64,000 bases of DNA from Thermoanaerobaculia bacterium (GCA_044868005.1 JBIOVX010000245.1:44939-108938), one strand, 5' to 3'; shown: positions 18,431-32,136, counted from the first letter of the stretch. The notes: generated from the letters alone by a model not told the origin. Translations and numbers: made by a program.

Positions 18431-18445
18431 GAGGATCGACGCTGC

Positions 18446-20044
18446 CTAGGTCCGCCGCAGCAACACCACCGTCTGATCGTCTCCCTGCGGCAGCCCGCGG
18501 GAGAACTCGCCGACGGCGCGCGGGATGCTTTCCATCACCTCCGACAGCGGTTGATAACGCTGCCAGCGAAGCAGGTCGATCAGGCGTCCCATGCCGAACT
18601 CCTCCTCGTCGGGGGACTCGGCCTCGGTGATGCCGTCGCTGTAGATACAGACCAGGTCGCCCGGCTCCATCGTCACGGCGCGGGATTTGAAGCGCGCCTC
18701 GGGAAGGAGACCGAGAGGCAGGCCGCCAGCGCCGAGCAGCTCGACGGTGTCGTCGCCGCGCAGCAGGATGCCGGGGTTGTGGCCGGCGTTCATATAGTGC
18801 AGGACGCCGGTGTGCGGATCGAGCTCGGCGATCATCATGGTGATGAACTTGTTGGCGGCGCTCGACTCGACGATGTGGCGGTTCAACCGCTCGAGCAGCG
18901 ACGGCCCGAAAGACGTATGGTCCAGCAGCAGGCGCAAGGCCGAATGCAACGTCGAGACCATGAGGGCGGCCGGCATTCCCTTGCCGGAGACGTCGCCGAG
19001 CACCAAGCCGATGCGCCCGTCCTTGCGGGGAACCAGGTCGTAGTAATCGCCACCCACCTGGCGCGCCGGGCGGTACCAGCCGGCGAGCTCGAAACCCGGC
19101 ACGACGGGCGCCCCCTTGGGCAGGATCTGGCGCTGGATCTCGGCCGCGAGGTTCATCTCGCGCTCCAGCCGCTCCTTCTCCAGCGCCTGCAAGTGCAGCC
19201 GCGCATTCTCCAGCGCCAGCGCCGCCTGGTTGGCGAAGAGGGAGAGGGTACGCAGGTCCGGCGCCAGGAATGGACCTACGCCGCGGCGGCTCTCTTTGTC
19301 GCCCACGGCGATGAAGCCGCGGGGACCGCTCTCGACCGCGATCGGCACGCCGAGCAGGTAACGGGCGCCGGGCAGCAGATTGGGCGGCGCCGCGCCGCCG
19401 GCGGCGAGAAACTCGTGCAGCTCCGCGTCGTCGCCGGCGAACCACGGGGCCGCTTCGCCGCCGAAGGTACGGTCCAGGCGGTAGCGGCCGTCCTCGAGGA
19501 TGTAGAGGGCGCCGCGCCGCGCGTCGAGCAGGGAAACGGCCTGCAGCAGGATCAATTCCGAGAGCCGATCCAGGTCCAGGGTCGAGGCCACCGCCAGGCC
19601 CACGTCGTAGAGGGCTTCCAGCTCGACCACCCGGTAGTTCACCTGGAACTGCTGCTCTTTGAGGTCCTGCCGGAGCCGGCAGGTCTTGAGCGAGGCGGCG
19701 AGGAGAACGGTGAGCGGATCGCTCGCCGCGGCGCCGGTCTCCCCCGCGCCGAGAGCCTCGCGAGGCGAGAAGAGGAGCCGCCCGCCGGGGAACGGCAGGC
19801 TGCCGAAACCGCCCGCCATGCCGCTCGCTTCGAGGAGCTCCGGCAGGCCTTCGCCCACCGTGGCCTCGCGCTCCAGCAGATCCCCCTTTTGGAGATAGAG
19901 GCCGGCGGAGGCGGCGCCGCGCTGCTTGCGCCAGAGGTCGAGCAGCCGGTCCAGGAGCTGGCGCTCGCTGGCTTCGTCGCGGGAGAGGGCCAGCAGCTCG
20001 TCCCAGCCTTCCGCGATCATGCCGGCCGGTGCGGAACCCTCCAT
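18446..20044 (-). CDS. GAF-domain PP2C-type Ser/Thr phosphatase (RsbU/SpoIIE family)
   Basis: 532 aa. N-terminal GAF domain and C-terminal PP2C motifs (GGDYYD, LVLGDVSGKG, NAGHNP, IYSDGITEA). Confidence 0.85.
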   Translation of the reverse strand: MEGSAPAGMIAEGWDELLALSRDEASERQLLDRLLDLWRKQRGAASAGLYLQKGDLLEREATVGEGLPELLEASGMAGGFGSLPFPGGRLLFSPREALGAGETGAAASDPLTVLLAASLKTCRLRQDLKEQQFQVNYRVVELEALYDVGLAVASTLDLDRLSELILLQAVSLLDARRGALYILEDGRYRLDRTFGGEAAPWFAGDDAELHEFLAAGGAAPPNLLPGARYLLGVPIAVESGPRGFIAVGDKESRRGVGPFLAPDLRTLSLFANQAALALENARLHLQALEKERLEREMNLAAEIQRQILPKGAPVVPGFELAGWYRPARQVGGDYYDLVPRKDGRIGLVLGDVSGKGMPAALMVSTLHSALRLLLDHTSFGPSLLERLNRHIVESSAANKFITMMIAELDPHTGVLHYMNAGHNPGILLRGDDTVELLGAGGLPLGLLPEARFKSRAVTMEPGDLVCIYSDGITEAESPDEEEFGMGRLIDLLRWQRYQPLSEVMESIPRAVGEFSRGLPQGDDQTVVLLRRT

Positions 20045-20058
20045 TGCATCTCCCTGCC

Positions 20059-20412
20059 TCAGGCCGTCTGGATCTGGGCCACCGCCACCGTCTCGTCGGC
20101 GAAGATGGGCGCGTACTGCGCCAGGCCCATGATGTGGAAAGTCTTCTCGATCGTCGGCGTCAGGCAGCAGAACCCCAGCTTGCCGTTGATCTCGATCATC
20201 TTCTCGATGATCTCGATGAGGATCGAGATGCCGATCGAGTTGACGATCTTGGTGCCCGCGAGGTTGAGCAGCAGCACCTTGTATCCCTGATCGAGGAGCT
20301 CGTAGGAGACCTTGGCGATCTCCTCGCCTCCCTGGTTGTTGATATACCCCTCCGTGTAGATCACCGCCAAACCCTCGCGGCGATCCACGGTGACGTTGAG
20401 ACTCTCGGTCAT
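20059..20412 (-). CDS. STAS-domain anti-sigma-factor antagonist (RsbV/SpoIIAA-like)
   Basis: 117 aa. ..LLLNLAGTKIVNSIGISILIEIIEKM.. The phospho-Ser region NSIG is present. Confidence 0.8.
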   Translation of the reverse strand: MTESLNVTVDRREGLAVIYTEGYINNQGGEEIAKVSYELLDQGYKVLLLNLAGTKIVNSIGISILIEIIEKMIEINGKLGFCCLTPTIEKTFHIMGLAQYAPIFADETVAVAQIQTA

Positions 20413-20428
20413 CGGTTCGCCCCCGCTT

Positions 20429-20902
20429 TCATCGCAGCTTGCTCATGACGACAGTCGTGCCCTCGGTGCCGGAGCGGATCTCCACCTCGTCCATCAGACC
20501 ACGGATGATCTTCAACCCAAAGCGGCGCTTCTGTAGTTTACCCTGAAGCCCGCCGAGGAGCCCGCCGCTCGGGCCGCCAGACCGGGGCACAATGGGTCCC
20601 GGCCCGATGGGTCCCTCCTCCGGATCAAAGCCGATGCCATTGTCGTGCACCATAATGCGCAGCTTCTCCGGGTCCCGCTCTCCGACGACCTGGAAGGTCA
20701 CGAAGACCTCCCGGTCGACGGCCTGGCTGTGCTCCAAGGCGTTGATGCAGGCTTCCACCACCGCCAGCCGGACCTCGTCGATTCTATCCGGACTCATGCG
20801 GATTGATTCGGCGATGGCAGCCGCCGTCTTGCTCGCCTCGATCTCCATCTCGGCGACCATCGGCAGCGCCAGCGTGACCTCCCGCAAAACTCCTTCAGAC
20901 AT
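20429..20902 (-). CDS. RsbW-like anti-sigma factor / Ser-protein kinase (GHKL HATPase)
   Basis: 157 aa. N-box EACINALEH, G-boxes HDNGIGF and GGLLGGLQG. Confidence 0.75.
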   Translation of the reverse strand: MSEGVLREVTLALPMVAEMEIEASKTAAAIAESIRMSPDRIDEVRLAVVEACINALEHSQAVDREVFVTFQVVGERDPEKLRIMVHDNGIGFDPEEGPIGPGPIVPRSGGPSGGLLGGLQGKLQKRRFGLKIIRGLMDEVEIRSGTEGTTVVMSKLR

Positions 20903-20928
20903 GTCCGTGAGAGCCGCCCCGGCGCAGA

Positions 20929-21084
20929 TCAGAAAGAGAGATAGATCTGAAGGGCGTAGATCACTATGGGGTGGACCAGGTCATGAGACAACAACCAGCC
21001 AAAGCTGGCCAGGGAACCCACGGACAGCAGCACCTTGACCGGTACATAGGGGACGGCAACGTGCCTGCGAATGGAGTCTAGCAT
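20929..21084 (-). CDS. small membrane protein (51 aa), hypothetical
   Basis: Not in the track. Reads MLDSIRRHVAVPYVPVKVLLSVGSLASFGWLLSHDLVHPIVIYALQIYLSF. AGGAGG 7 nt upstream. It is the first ORF downstream of a sigma-54 promoter and lies 26 nt upstream of the rsbW-like gene. Confidence 0.45.
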   Translation of the reverse strand: MLDSIRRHVAVPYVPVKVLLSVGSLASFGWLLSHDLVHPIVIYALQIYLSF

Positions 21085-21114
21085 GTCATTCCTCCTCATC
21101 CGCGCCTCCCTTAT

Positions 21115-21130
21115 CGCAAGGCCGCTGCCA
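21115..21130 (-). promoter_or_regulatory. sigma-54 promoter (-24 TGGCAG / -12 TTGCG)
   Basis: The minus strand reads TGGCAGcggccTTGCG with exact GG-N10-GC spacing. It lies ~30 nt upstream of the small ORF, and a sigma-54 activator gene is directly upstream. Confidence 0.6.
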
Positions 21131-21230
21131 GGTCTGTGTCACCGCACGTTCGATCCCGTAACTCGTTTGTTTCCAATTCCCCGCGCACATTTAAGCGCCA
21201 GGGTTGCCAAGATGCCCCAGCGGGGTCTGC

Positions 21231-21343
21231 GACAATTTGTCTCTCGCCGATGGATCGCGGCTTTTCCAGACCCCGGGGAAAGCCCATATCGCCTCGGGTT
21301 GTTGCAGATTTGAGACAAAAAGTCGCGGGCGGGAAATTTTGTC
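21231..21343. promoter_or_regulatory. candidate enhancer (UAS) palindromes GACAA-N-TTGTC
   Basis: gacaatttgtc (21231-21241) and gacaaaaagtcgcgggcgggaaattttgtc (21314-21343), 100-220 bp upstream of the sigma-54 promoter. Confidence 0.35.
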
Positions 21344-21417
21344 GCGGAGCGTTCAAGAGGATCCAGGAGGAAGCAGGAGGGCGGAGGGACCGTTCCACCC
21401 TTGACCCTTTGGGCCAG

Positions 21418-22902
<1,485 letters not shown>

Positions 22903-22989
22903 TGTACCGCGTCCCTCGGGGGCGGGCCCGGTCAGCTCCGGGCGGCCCACCCGATATACGCGCGCGGGGCGCAGCGGTTTCGGGGCGGC

Positions 22990-23211
22990 CTACTCGTACC
23001 AGCAGCCGCCGACGGTGTTCCACGAGCCGCAGGTGACCTTCCGGCACCAGCGGTCCGTCCATTGAGGGCAGCCGCAGACGGTGCTGGCGGGCTTGCCTAC
23101 GCAGTAGGTATCGCACGAGGGATAGCACACGGCCTCCGCCGGGGTGGTCCGCGAGGCGAGAGCGATCACCGGCAGGGTCGCGCAGAGGAGAAGGAGTCTG
23201 AGTTTTTTCAT
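22990..23211 (-). CDS. small secreted cysteine-rich protein (8 Cys in 46-aa mature part)
   Basis: AAAGGAGAA RBS. Signal peptide MKKLRLLLLCATLPVIALASRTTPAEA. Mature part VCYPSCDTYCVGKPASTVCGCPQWTDRWCRKVTCGSWNTVGGCWYE. Confidence 0.75.
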   Translation of the reverse strand: MKKLRLLLLCATLPVIALASRTTPAEAVCYPSCDTYCVGKPASTVCGCPQWTDRWCRKVTCGSWNTVGGCWYE

Positions 23212-23269
23212 GGGGGTTCTCCTTTCAAGGATCTCCAAGAGACACGGTGTCTCGGAACCTTGAAAAGAG

Positions 23270-23345
23270 ACTTTAGGTACAGCAGGGACTAAAGGGACAC
23301 CAGGGACGAACACGGACGGCCTTTGTCCTTGCCGTCCCTGAAGTC
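23270..23345. promoter_or_regulatory. module of tandem AGGGAC boxes facing tandem GTCCCT boxes (period ~9)
   Basis: cagcagggactaaagggacaccagggacgaacacggacggcctttgtccttgccgtccctgaagtccctgttgtcc. Lies between the uvrA stop and the peptide start. The GGAC-N16/17-GTCC pairs resemble ECF-type -35/-10 elements. Confidence 0.5.
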
Positions 23346-23361
23346 CCTGTTGTCCTTGCTT

Positions 23362-26229
<2,868 letters not shown>

Positions 26230-26337
26230 CCTAACAGAGGGAGGGGGGACCGGAAGGGTCTCCCGGAGGCGTAACAGCGGCGGTGCACAGAGGAATTCCC
26301 CGTACCAGACGGGTCACGACGAGGCGCGCCCCCGCCT

Positions 26338-27765
26338 TCAATGCACGAAGTTGGCCGGCTGCTCCGCCTCGATCTCGGAGCAGCTCCTATCCAGCAGCTG
26401 GCAGAGGTCGACCCGCCGTCTCTCGATGTCGCCGAACTGGTGCTGGAGCCCGCATAGATCAGCGAACGCGCCGCTTCCAGTCAAGAAACCAGAGAGGAGC
26501 GCCCCGCCTCCAGGCCCTGTCAGGAGGACTTGGCGGAAGAAGAGACCGGTCTCCCCGCCGTGGCAACCGTTACACGTATTCAGAGACGCGATGTGCCGCG
26601 CCTGGGCGTTGGGGATCGAGCTGCACTCGGGCGGCGGACCGTCCCAGGTGTCGATTTCGTTGGGCGAGGCGCCGCCGCGGAAAGGCTGACCCAGGAAGGT
26701 CAATGGAACGGTGTAGTTGTTCGCCGCGATGGCTGCCGCGTTGGCGTTGACATAATCGGCGAAGGGCTGTTGATGGTTGAGACTGCCGGCCGGTGTCTGG
26801 GCCGCGGTGGCCTGCAGCAGCGGCACGGGCGGGCTCGTCGCCTTCCGCGATTTCTCCGGATCAGGCACCGGCACGGCTTTCCCCGAAAGCAGCTTGAACT
26901 CCCGCAGCTCCCACAAGTTATGGAGAAAGGCCTCGTTGGTGCGCACCTGGTTGATCGCGCTGCCGTTCGGCTTGCCGGGCGAAGCGCCGATCGTCGTGAA
27001 ACGATCGGTGATCGTCTGGAGGGCCGCGTTGTAGCTCGGGCCGAACGGTATCGAGCCCAGGCCGTGGATCGTCTGCGCCCAGTTCCGGATGTCGTTGCAA
27101 GTGGGAGCGTCGAGGCCATACTCCAGGATCAGGGTGAAGGCGGTGTCGTGCCCGTTAGCGTCGAGCATGTTGTAGACGAACCTCGCCTCGCCGGCCGTGC
27201 CGCCTGGGGAATAGCCCGAGCTCCGCCGGAGATCCAAGCGAAACACGATCGCCAGCAGCCGTGCCGGCGCCTTGGTCATGTCCAGGGTGGTGCCGCCGCT
27301 CGCCGTCTGCCAGGGATCGATCACCAGGCTTTGAATCGCCGGGCGCGCCGGCACGGGATCGCCGTTGATCGTCTGTAACACCTTCCACTCCCCCAACCAC
27401 TGCTTGGTGAGGTTCGACAACGTCACCGGATTTGTCGTTCCGAAAAGGCCGGGGATGAGGCCCCCCAGCGTCCACGCGCCCCGTGTGGCCGGGGCGATGG
27501 GAACCGGGCATGGGCCCGTCCAAGTGGTGCGGAAGCAATCCCGGACCACGGAAAGGTCGATGACGAACAGCTCGCGGTCGGGGTCCACGGTGCAGCCGGG
27601 CGTGGCCGGCAGGCCCAGAATCTCCCGCGTCGCCAACGGCGAGACCGGAGCTTTCTTATGGGCGGCGATCAGAGAAACCGGCTGCGACCAGCCGGCGGAG
27701 GCGAGGATTCCTCCGGCGCTCAGAAACAACCCGGCGAACACATGGGTCCGGCGGATGCGACGCAT
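26338..27765 (-). CDS. secreted hypothetical protein (single CXXCH motif)
   Basis: Start at the internal ATG 27765 (GGAGGG RBS). Signal peptide [24 protein letters not shown]. Contains NTCNGCHGG. Confidence 0.6.
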   Translation of the reverse strand: MRRIRRTHVFAGLFLSAGGILASAGWSQPVSLIAAHKKAPVSPLATREILGLPATPGCTVDPDRELFVIDLSVVRDCFRTTWTGPCPVPIAPATRGAWTLGGLIPGLFGTTNPVTLSNLTKQWLGEWKVLQTINGDPVPARPAIQSLVIDPWQTASGGTTLDMTKAPARLLAIVFRLDLRRSSGYSPGGTAGEARFVYNMLDANGHDTAFTLILEYGLDAPTCNDIRNWAQTIHGLGSIPFGPSYNAALQTITDRFTTIGASPGKPNGSAINQVRTNEAFLHNLWELREFKLLSGKAVPVPDPEKSRKATSPPVPLLQATAAQTPAGSLNHQQPFADYVNANAAAIAANNYTVPLTFLGQPFRGGASPNEIDTWDGPPPECSSIPNAQARHIASLNTCNGCHGGETGLFFRQVLLTGPGGGALLSGFLTGSGAFADLCGLQHQFGDIERRRVDLCQLLDRSCSEIEAEQPANFVH

Positions 27766-27888
27766 GTTGCCCTCCAGTCCTGGGGACGGACAGAGACATC
27801 GCACCGAGTCCACCGCGGGGCGAGGGAAGGTCCCTCTATGCAAGGTGTGAACTGTCGGCCGATCGTGACCGGCGCCGATATCCCTGTA

Positions 27889-29448
27889 TCAGCTCGCGAT
27901 CGGCAGCTTCGCCTGCCGGTTGATCTCCTCATCGGCCGGGGAGAGCGCCAGGTTGGGCGGCAGCGGCGCCAGCTCGAGACCGAACGTGCGCCGCCGCAGC
28001 GGCAGATAATCGTCCACCCGATCGCGGCGTACGCGGAAGGTTCCGCCCGCCATCGCATGTCGTCGGCGGCCGGCGGCCAGCCGTGACTGCAGGGAGTAGC
28101 CGGCGATACCCAGCAGACAGGCGGTCTTACGAAAGTCGCCGCGGCGTACCTCAAGCCGCAGCAGCTTGGCCGCCACGTCGCGCCCGGCGTAGAACTCCCG
28201 GCAGCAGCGGAACACCAGGTCCGCCCACCGCCGTGGATCCAGATGCGGGTGGCGCCACGTCACGCAGGTGGCGTCGAAGCGGTCGAGATTGGTCTCGGTG
28301 ATCAACCCCTGCTCCAGGAAGTCCCCATACTGCTCGGTTCCCGGAATCGGAGTGAGGAGGTAGAAAGAGGCCACGTCGGGAGCGAGCTGCCGCAGCGTCT
28401 TCAGATGCTCCCGGATGCTCGCCTCGGTATCGGTAGGAAAACCGAGGATGTTCGAGAAGTGGCTGGTGATGCCATGGCGGCGGCAGAGCTCGACGATCCG
28501 GGCGTAGCGCTCGGGATGATTCTGCAGCTTGTGCGCCGCGCGCAACGCCTCGCGGCTGAAGGACTCGGCGCCGACGAACATCTGGAAGCAGCCGGCGCGC
28601 GCGAGCAGCTCCACCAGCTCTTCCTGGCGGTAGATCTGGGTGTCGCACTGGACGAAGAACGGCAGGCGGATGCGTTCCTCGATCATCGCCGCGAGGAGCT
28701 GCTGGACCTCGGGGATCTTGTTGAAGTTGTCCGAGGTGAACATGACGATGCGTACGCCCGCCGCGGCCGCCGCCCTGAGGCTCGCGAGCGTCGTCTCCAC
28801 CGGCTGGCTGCGCACCTGGCGGCCGGCGACCTTGATCACCGAGCAGAAGTTGCAGGTGTAGGGACAGCCACGGGCGGGATAGATGCCGAGCATCGGCACG
28901 GTGTAGCGCCTCAAGTCGCGCCGCGACGGCGGCGAAAGCGGCGGCGGATCGAGATGCGGCTGCCACCGGCCGTCGCGGCCGTAGACCGGCTTCAGCCCGC
29001 CGTCGATCGCGTCGCGCAGGATCTCCGGCCAGACCATCTCGGCCTCGGAGAGGGAGAAGCTCACGCCGCGTCCCTGCAGCTCCGCGGTGTCGCAGGTCAT
29101 GGCGTGCGGCCCGCCGATGACGCAATTCTCGACGCCTATCGCGCGAGCGAACGCCGCGAGGTCCAGAGCGCGATGGAGCTGGTGGCTCTGCACGCCCACC
29201 AGCGCCAGGAGCGTACGGCGGCCGGGCTCCCCTTCCAGGAGCTTCAAGTAAGCGAGATCGGTATGGACGTACTCGTCGATCGTCACCACTTCGCACGGGC
29301 TGCCTGCGACCTCGGCGGGCGTGAGGCTCGCCAGATAGCGCAGGGTGCTGTTGGGCATGAAGCCCCAGCGGAAGCGCTCGACGCAGCCGTCGAGGCCGTA
29401 CTTGCTCGGCTTGAGGAGCACGACGCGGAGCGGCGGGTGAGTGGCCAT
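27889..29448 (-). CDS. B12-binding-domain radical SAM protein
   Basis: Start ATG 29448 (GAGGAGG RBS). N-terminal B12-binding-like region and a radical SAM CPYTCNFC (CxxxCxxC) motif. Confidence 0.8.
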   Translation of the reverse strand: MATHPPLRVVLLKPSKYGLDGCVERFRWGFMPNSTLRYLASLTPAEVAGSPCEVVTIDEYVHTDLAYLKLLEGEPGRRTLLALVGVQSHQLHRALDLAAFARAIGVENCVIGGPHAMTCDTAELQGRGVSFSLSEAEMVWPEILRDAIDGGLKPVYGRDGRWQPHLDPPPLSPPSRRDLRRYTVPMLGIYPARGCPYTCNFCSVIKVAGRQVRSQPVETTLASLRAAAAAGVRIVMFTSDNFNKIPEVQQLLAAMIEERIRLPFFVQCDTQIYRQEELVELLARAGCFQMFVGAESFSREALRAAHKLQNHPERYARIVELCRRHGITSHFSNILGFPTDTEASIREHLKTLRQLAPDVASFYLLTPIPGTEQYGDFLEQGLITETNLDRFDATCVTWRHPHLDPRRWADLVFRCCREFYAGRDVAAKLLRLEVRRGDFRKTACLLGIAGYSLQSRLAAGRRRHAMAGGTFRVRRDRVDDYLPLRRRTFGLELAPLPPNLALSPADEEINRQAKLPIAS

Positions 29449-29531
29449 GAAAGCCTCCTCGGGAAGGGGATGCAGCAAAATAGCTTATCAGTCCACATAC
29501 TGAGGCGCGCCGTTTGCTACCCTTTCCATCC

Positions 29532-30194
29532 ATGAAAGATCCACGCCTCCTGATCCGCCTTCTCCTCCTGCTCCTCGCCCTGCCGTCCGCGCTCGGCGCG
29601 GCGCCCGCGCGCTTCGCGCTCGATCGCTCGCAGTCGCACCTCTACGTGGTCACGCATCGCGCGGGAGCCTTGGGGTTCCTGGGCCACGAACATGCGATCC
29701 TGGCGACGGAGTGGTCGGCCGATCTGTGCTTCGATCCGGCGGCACCTGCCTCGCCGCCCGTCCGCGCCGAGATCACCGTATCCACCAAGGCGCTGCGCAT
29801 CGATACGGACGAGGCACGCAAGCTCGCGGGGCTCGGCAAAGGTCCGGGACCCGAGGACGTCAAGACGCTCCAGGAGAAGGTGCTCGCGCCGCAGAACCTG
29901 GCGGCGGAGAGCCACCCGAGCATCCGTCTCAAGACAACCTCCGTCACCCGTGGCAGCGGCGGCAAGGTTGAGGTCCAGGGCTCCTTCACCCTGCGCGGCG
30001 TGACGGACACCGTGCGCTTCCCGGTGACGATCGAGCGGAAGGGCGGCGCGGTCCGTCTCTCCGGACAATTCCGGCTGAAGCAGAGCACCTTCGGCATCAA
30101 GCCCGAATCCGTGGCCGGCGTGGTCAATGTGGCGGACCCGGTGGACGTGCACTTCGAGATCCTTGCCAAGCCCGCGGGCGGGGCGTGCCCCTGA
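29532..30194 (+). CDS. YceI-like periplasmic protein
   Basis: Signal peptide MKDPRLLIRLLLLLLALPSALGA. YceI pattern ..LDRSQSHLYVVTHRAGALGFLGHEHAI.. The track start 29514 is a TTG. Confidence 0.7.
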   Translation: MKDPRLLIRLLLLLLALPSALGAAPARFALDRSQSHLYVVTHRAGALGFLGHEHAILATEWSADLCFDPAAPASPPVRAEITVSTKALRIDTDEARKLAGLGKGPGPEDVKTLQEKVLAPQNLAAESHPSIRLKTTSVTRGSGGKVEVQGSFTLRGVTDTVRFPVTIERKGGAVRLSGQFRLKQSTFGIKPESVAGVVNVADPVDVHFEILAKPAGGACP

Positions 30195-30234
30195 AGGCAT
30201 CCATCGCTAGAATCAACCCGGTAAGGAGGCCGCG

Positions 30235-31032
30235 ATGAAGAAAACGATCCTGGCGTTCCTCATCTCTGGACTGGCGCTTCCCGCGCTGGCGCAGGACTGG
30301 GCCGTGAAGCGTCTCGAACAGTCGCCGCGCCATCAGGAGTGGGTGGCGATCAAGAACGGCGAGCGGACGGTCCACGCTTTCGTCGTCTATCCGCAGTCGA
30401 AGGACAAGACGGCGGCGGTGATACTCATCCATGAGAACCGCGGCCTCTCGGACTGGGTGCGCAGCGTCGCCGATCAGATGGCCGAGGCCGGCTACATCGC
30501 CGTCGCTCCCGACCTGCTCTCGGGCGCCGGGCCCCAGGGCGGCAAGACGAGCGACTTCCCCAGCTCGGACGCCGCCCGCGAGGCGATCTCCAAGCTGACG
30601 CCGGAGCAGACCATGTCCGACCTCGACGCCGTCGCCAACTATGCGGCGAAGCTGCCGGCGAGCAACGGCAAGGTGGCGGTGGGCGGCTTCTGCTGGGGCG
30701 GCGGGCAGACCCTGCGCTTCGCCACCCACCGCAAGGACCTCAAGGCCGCCTTCGTCTTCTACGGCACCTTCGATCACAGCAAGGAGGACCTCGCCCGCAT
30801 CGAGGCGCCGGTCTACGGCTTCTACGGCGGCACGGATGCGCGCATCGGCGCCACCGTTCCCAACACCGCGGCTCAGATGAAAGAGCTGGGCAAGACCTAC
30901 GAGCCCGTGACCTATGAAGGCGCCGGCCACGGCTTCATGCGCGGCGGCGAAGACCCGCAGGGCTCGGAGGCGGACCGCAAGGCGCGGACGGAAGCCTGGG
31001 AACGCTGGAAGAAGCTGCTGAAGGGGCTCTGA
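30235..31032 (+). CDS. dienelactone hydrolase family protein, secreted
   Basis: 265 aa. Strong RBS GGTAAGGAGG. Signal peptide and DLH nucleophile region GGFCWGGG. Confidence 0.8.
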   Translation: MKKTILAFLISGLALPALAQDWAVKRLEQSPRHQEWVAIKNGERTVHAFVVYPQSKDKTAAVILIHENRGLSDWVRSVADQMAEAGYIAVAPDLLSGAGPQGGKTSDFPSSDAAREAISKLTPEQTMSDLDAVANYAAKLPASNGKVAVGGFCWGGGQTLRFATHRKDLKAAFVFYGTFDHSKEDLARIEAPVYGFYGGTDARIGATVPNTAAQMKELGKTYEPVTYEGAGHGFMRGGEDPQGSEADRKARTEAWERWKKLLKGL

Positions 31033-31037
31033 GCGTC

Positions 31038-31811
31038 CTAGAAGATGCAGGCGAGCGAAGCCCGGATCACGTAGCCGTTGCCGAGCTCGCGCGGCGCGGC
31101 GCTCGCCTGATCGTTGGCATTCAGCCGGAAGACCGGTCCCCCGGCCAGCGTCGCCAGCAGACGGCGGTCGGAACGGACCCAGTGCATCGAAGGTCCGACG
31201 AGGATCCGCGCGCCGCCTTCGGCTTCGTTCGGTGTCCAGAGGGCCTCGAGATCCTCGCCCAGAACTTCGAAGCCTCCTGAGAAGCCTCGTCCGAAGGTCC
31301 TCGCGGCGGCCAGGGTGACGATGGCGTCGATCTCGTCCCGCTCGCGGTCGAACGGCTTCTCGAACCGCAGATCGCCGAGGAACCGGTTGGCGTCGCGCCG
31401 GTGCTCCGCGACCAATCTCCCCAGCCACACCGAGACGCCTTCGGCCTCGCGGCGATAGCCGCTGCCGAGGGCGAGATGGAACGGACGGTCCTTGCCTGCG
31501 AGCAGGTTGTAGAAGACCTCGGCACGATAGGTGGCCGGTGAGTCCGATTCGGAGATCCCAACGCCCACGTCCGCGAGCAGCAGGATGCGGCGCGTCACCC
31601 GCGCTTCGAATCCCACCCGGCTCTCGAGACCGTCGCGGGCGATGGCCTCCGTGGCCGCTTCGCCGTAGGCGGGTTGGACAAAGAAGAGCGCGCCGTTGCG
31701 GTCCCAGGCCGCGGGCGAGAACGCGAAGGCGAACGGCCGGTCCTGCGCCGATGCCGCGAGGGGCAGAAGGAGGACAGCCCGAAGAACAGGACCAGCCTGC
31801 GGATCGTCATG
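31038..31811 (-). pseudogene. outer-membrane beta-barrel protein gene with an apparent frameshift in the signal-peptide region
   Basis: ATG at ~31811 with an AAGGAGA RBS encodes MTIRRLVLFFGLSS.. in one frame. The rest of the protein (..LLPLAASAQDRPFAFAFSPAAWDRNG.. to the C-terminal ..ASLACIF) is in another frame that has no start codon. Confidence 0.5.
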
Positions 31812-31827
31812 GTCTCCTTACTCTACA

Positions 31828-32136
31828 TCACCCATGACGGCCGCCGGGCGCCCACCAGTAGAAGACCGCGCTGCGGGAGACGCGGAGATCGCCGGTGCGG
31901 GATTCCACCGTGAACTCCCGTCCATCGCAGCCTTCCTCGATGTCCCGCACGACGCCGGCGGACCAGCCTTCCTCGGCTTCCGGATCCTCGTAGGCGATCA
32001 GGAACCCGAGGCCGGGAGCGCCGGCAGGGGTCTCCGCGGGCGGAAAGACGAGCTTCCCGGCCCGCGCGGAACGTTCCTGAACCCGCTTCGGCCGCCGGGT
32101 CCGCCGCTGATCCCATGAGGTGAGCGCTTCGATCAT
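31828..32136 (-). CDS. hypothetical protein (102 aa)
   Basis: Internal ATG with GGGAG upstream. Reads MIEALTSWDQRRTRRPKRVQERSARAGKLVFPPAE..REFTVESRTGDLRVSRSAVFYW. Weak support. Confidence 0.3.
   Translation of the reverse strand: MIEALTSWDQRRTRRPKRVQERSARAGKLVFPPAETPAGAPGLGFLIAYEDPEAEEGWSAGVVRDIEEGCDGREFTVESRTGDLRVSRSAVFYWWAPGGRHG

Larger units (their letters stand above)
16150..18440. other. compositionally heterogeneous islet (DUF2442, TIR-X, wHTH protein, 19-bp repeat array)
   Basis: AT-rich DNA at 16420-17000, orphan toxin-antitoxin-like genes, and an iteron-like array. No integrase was seen. Confidence 0.5.
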
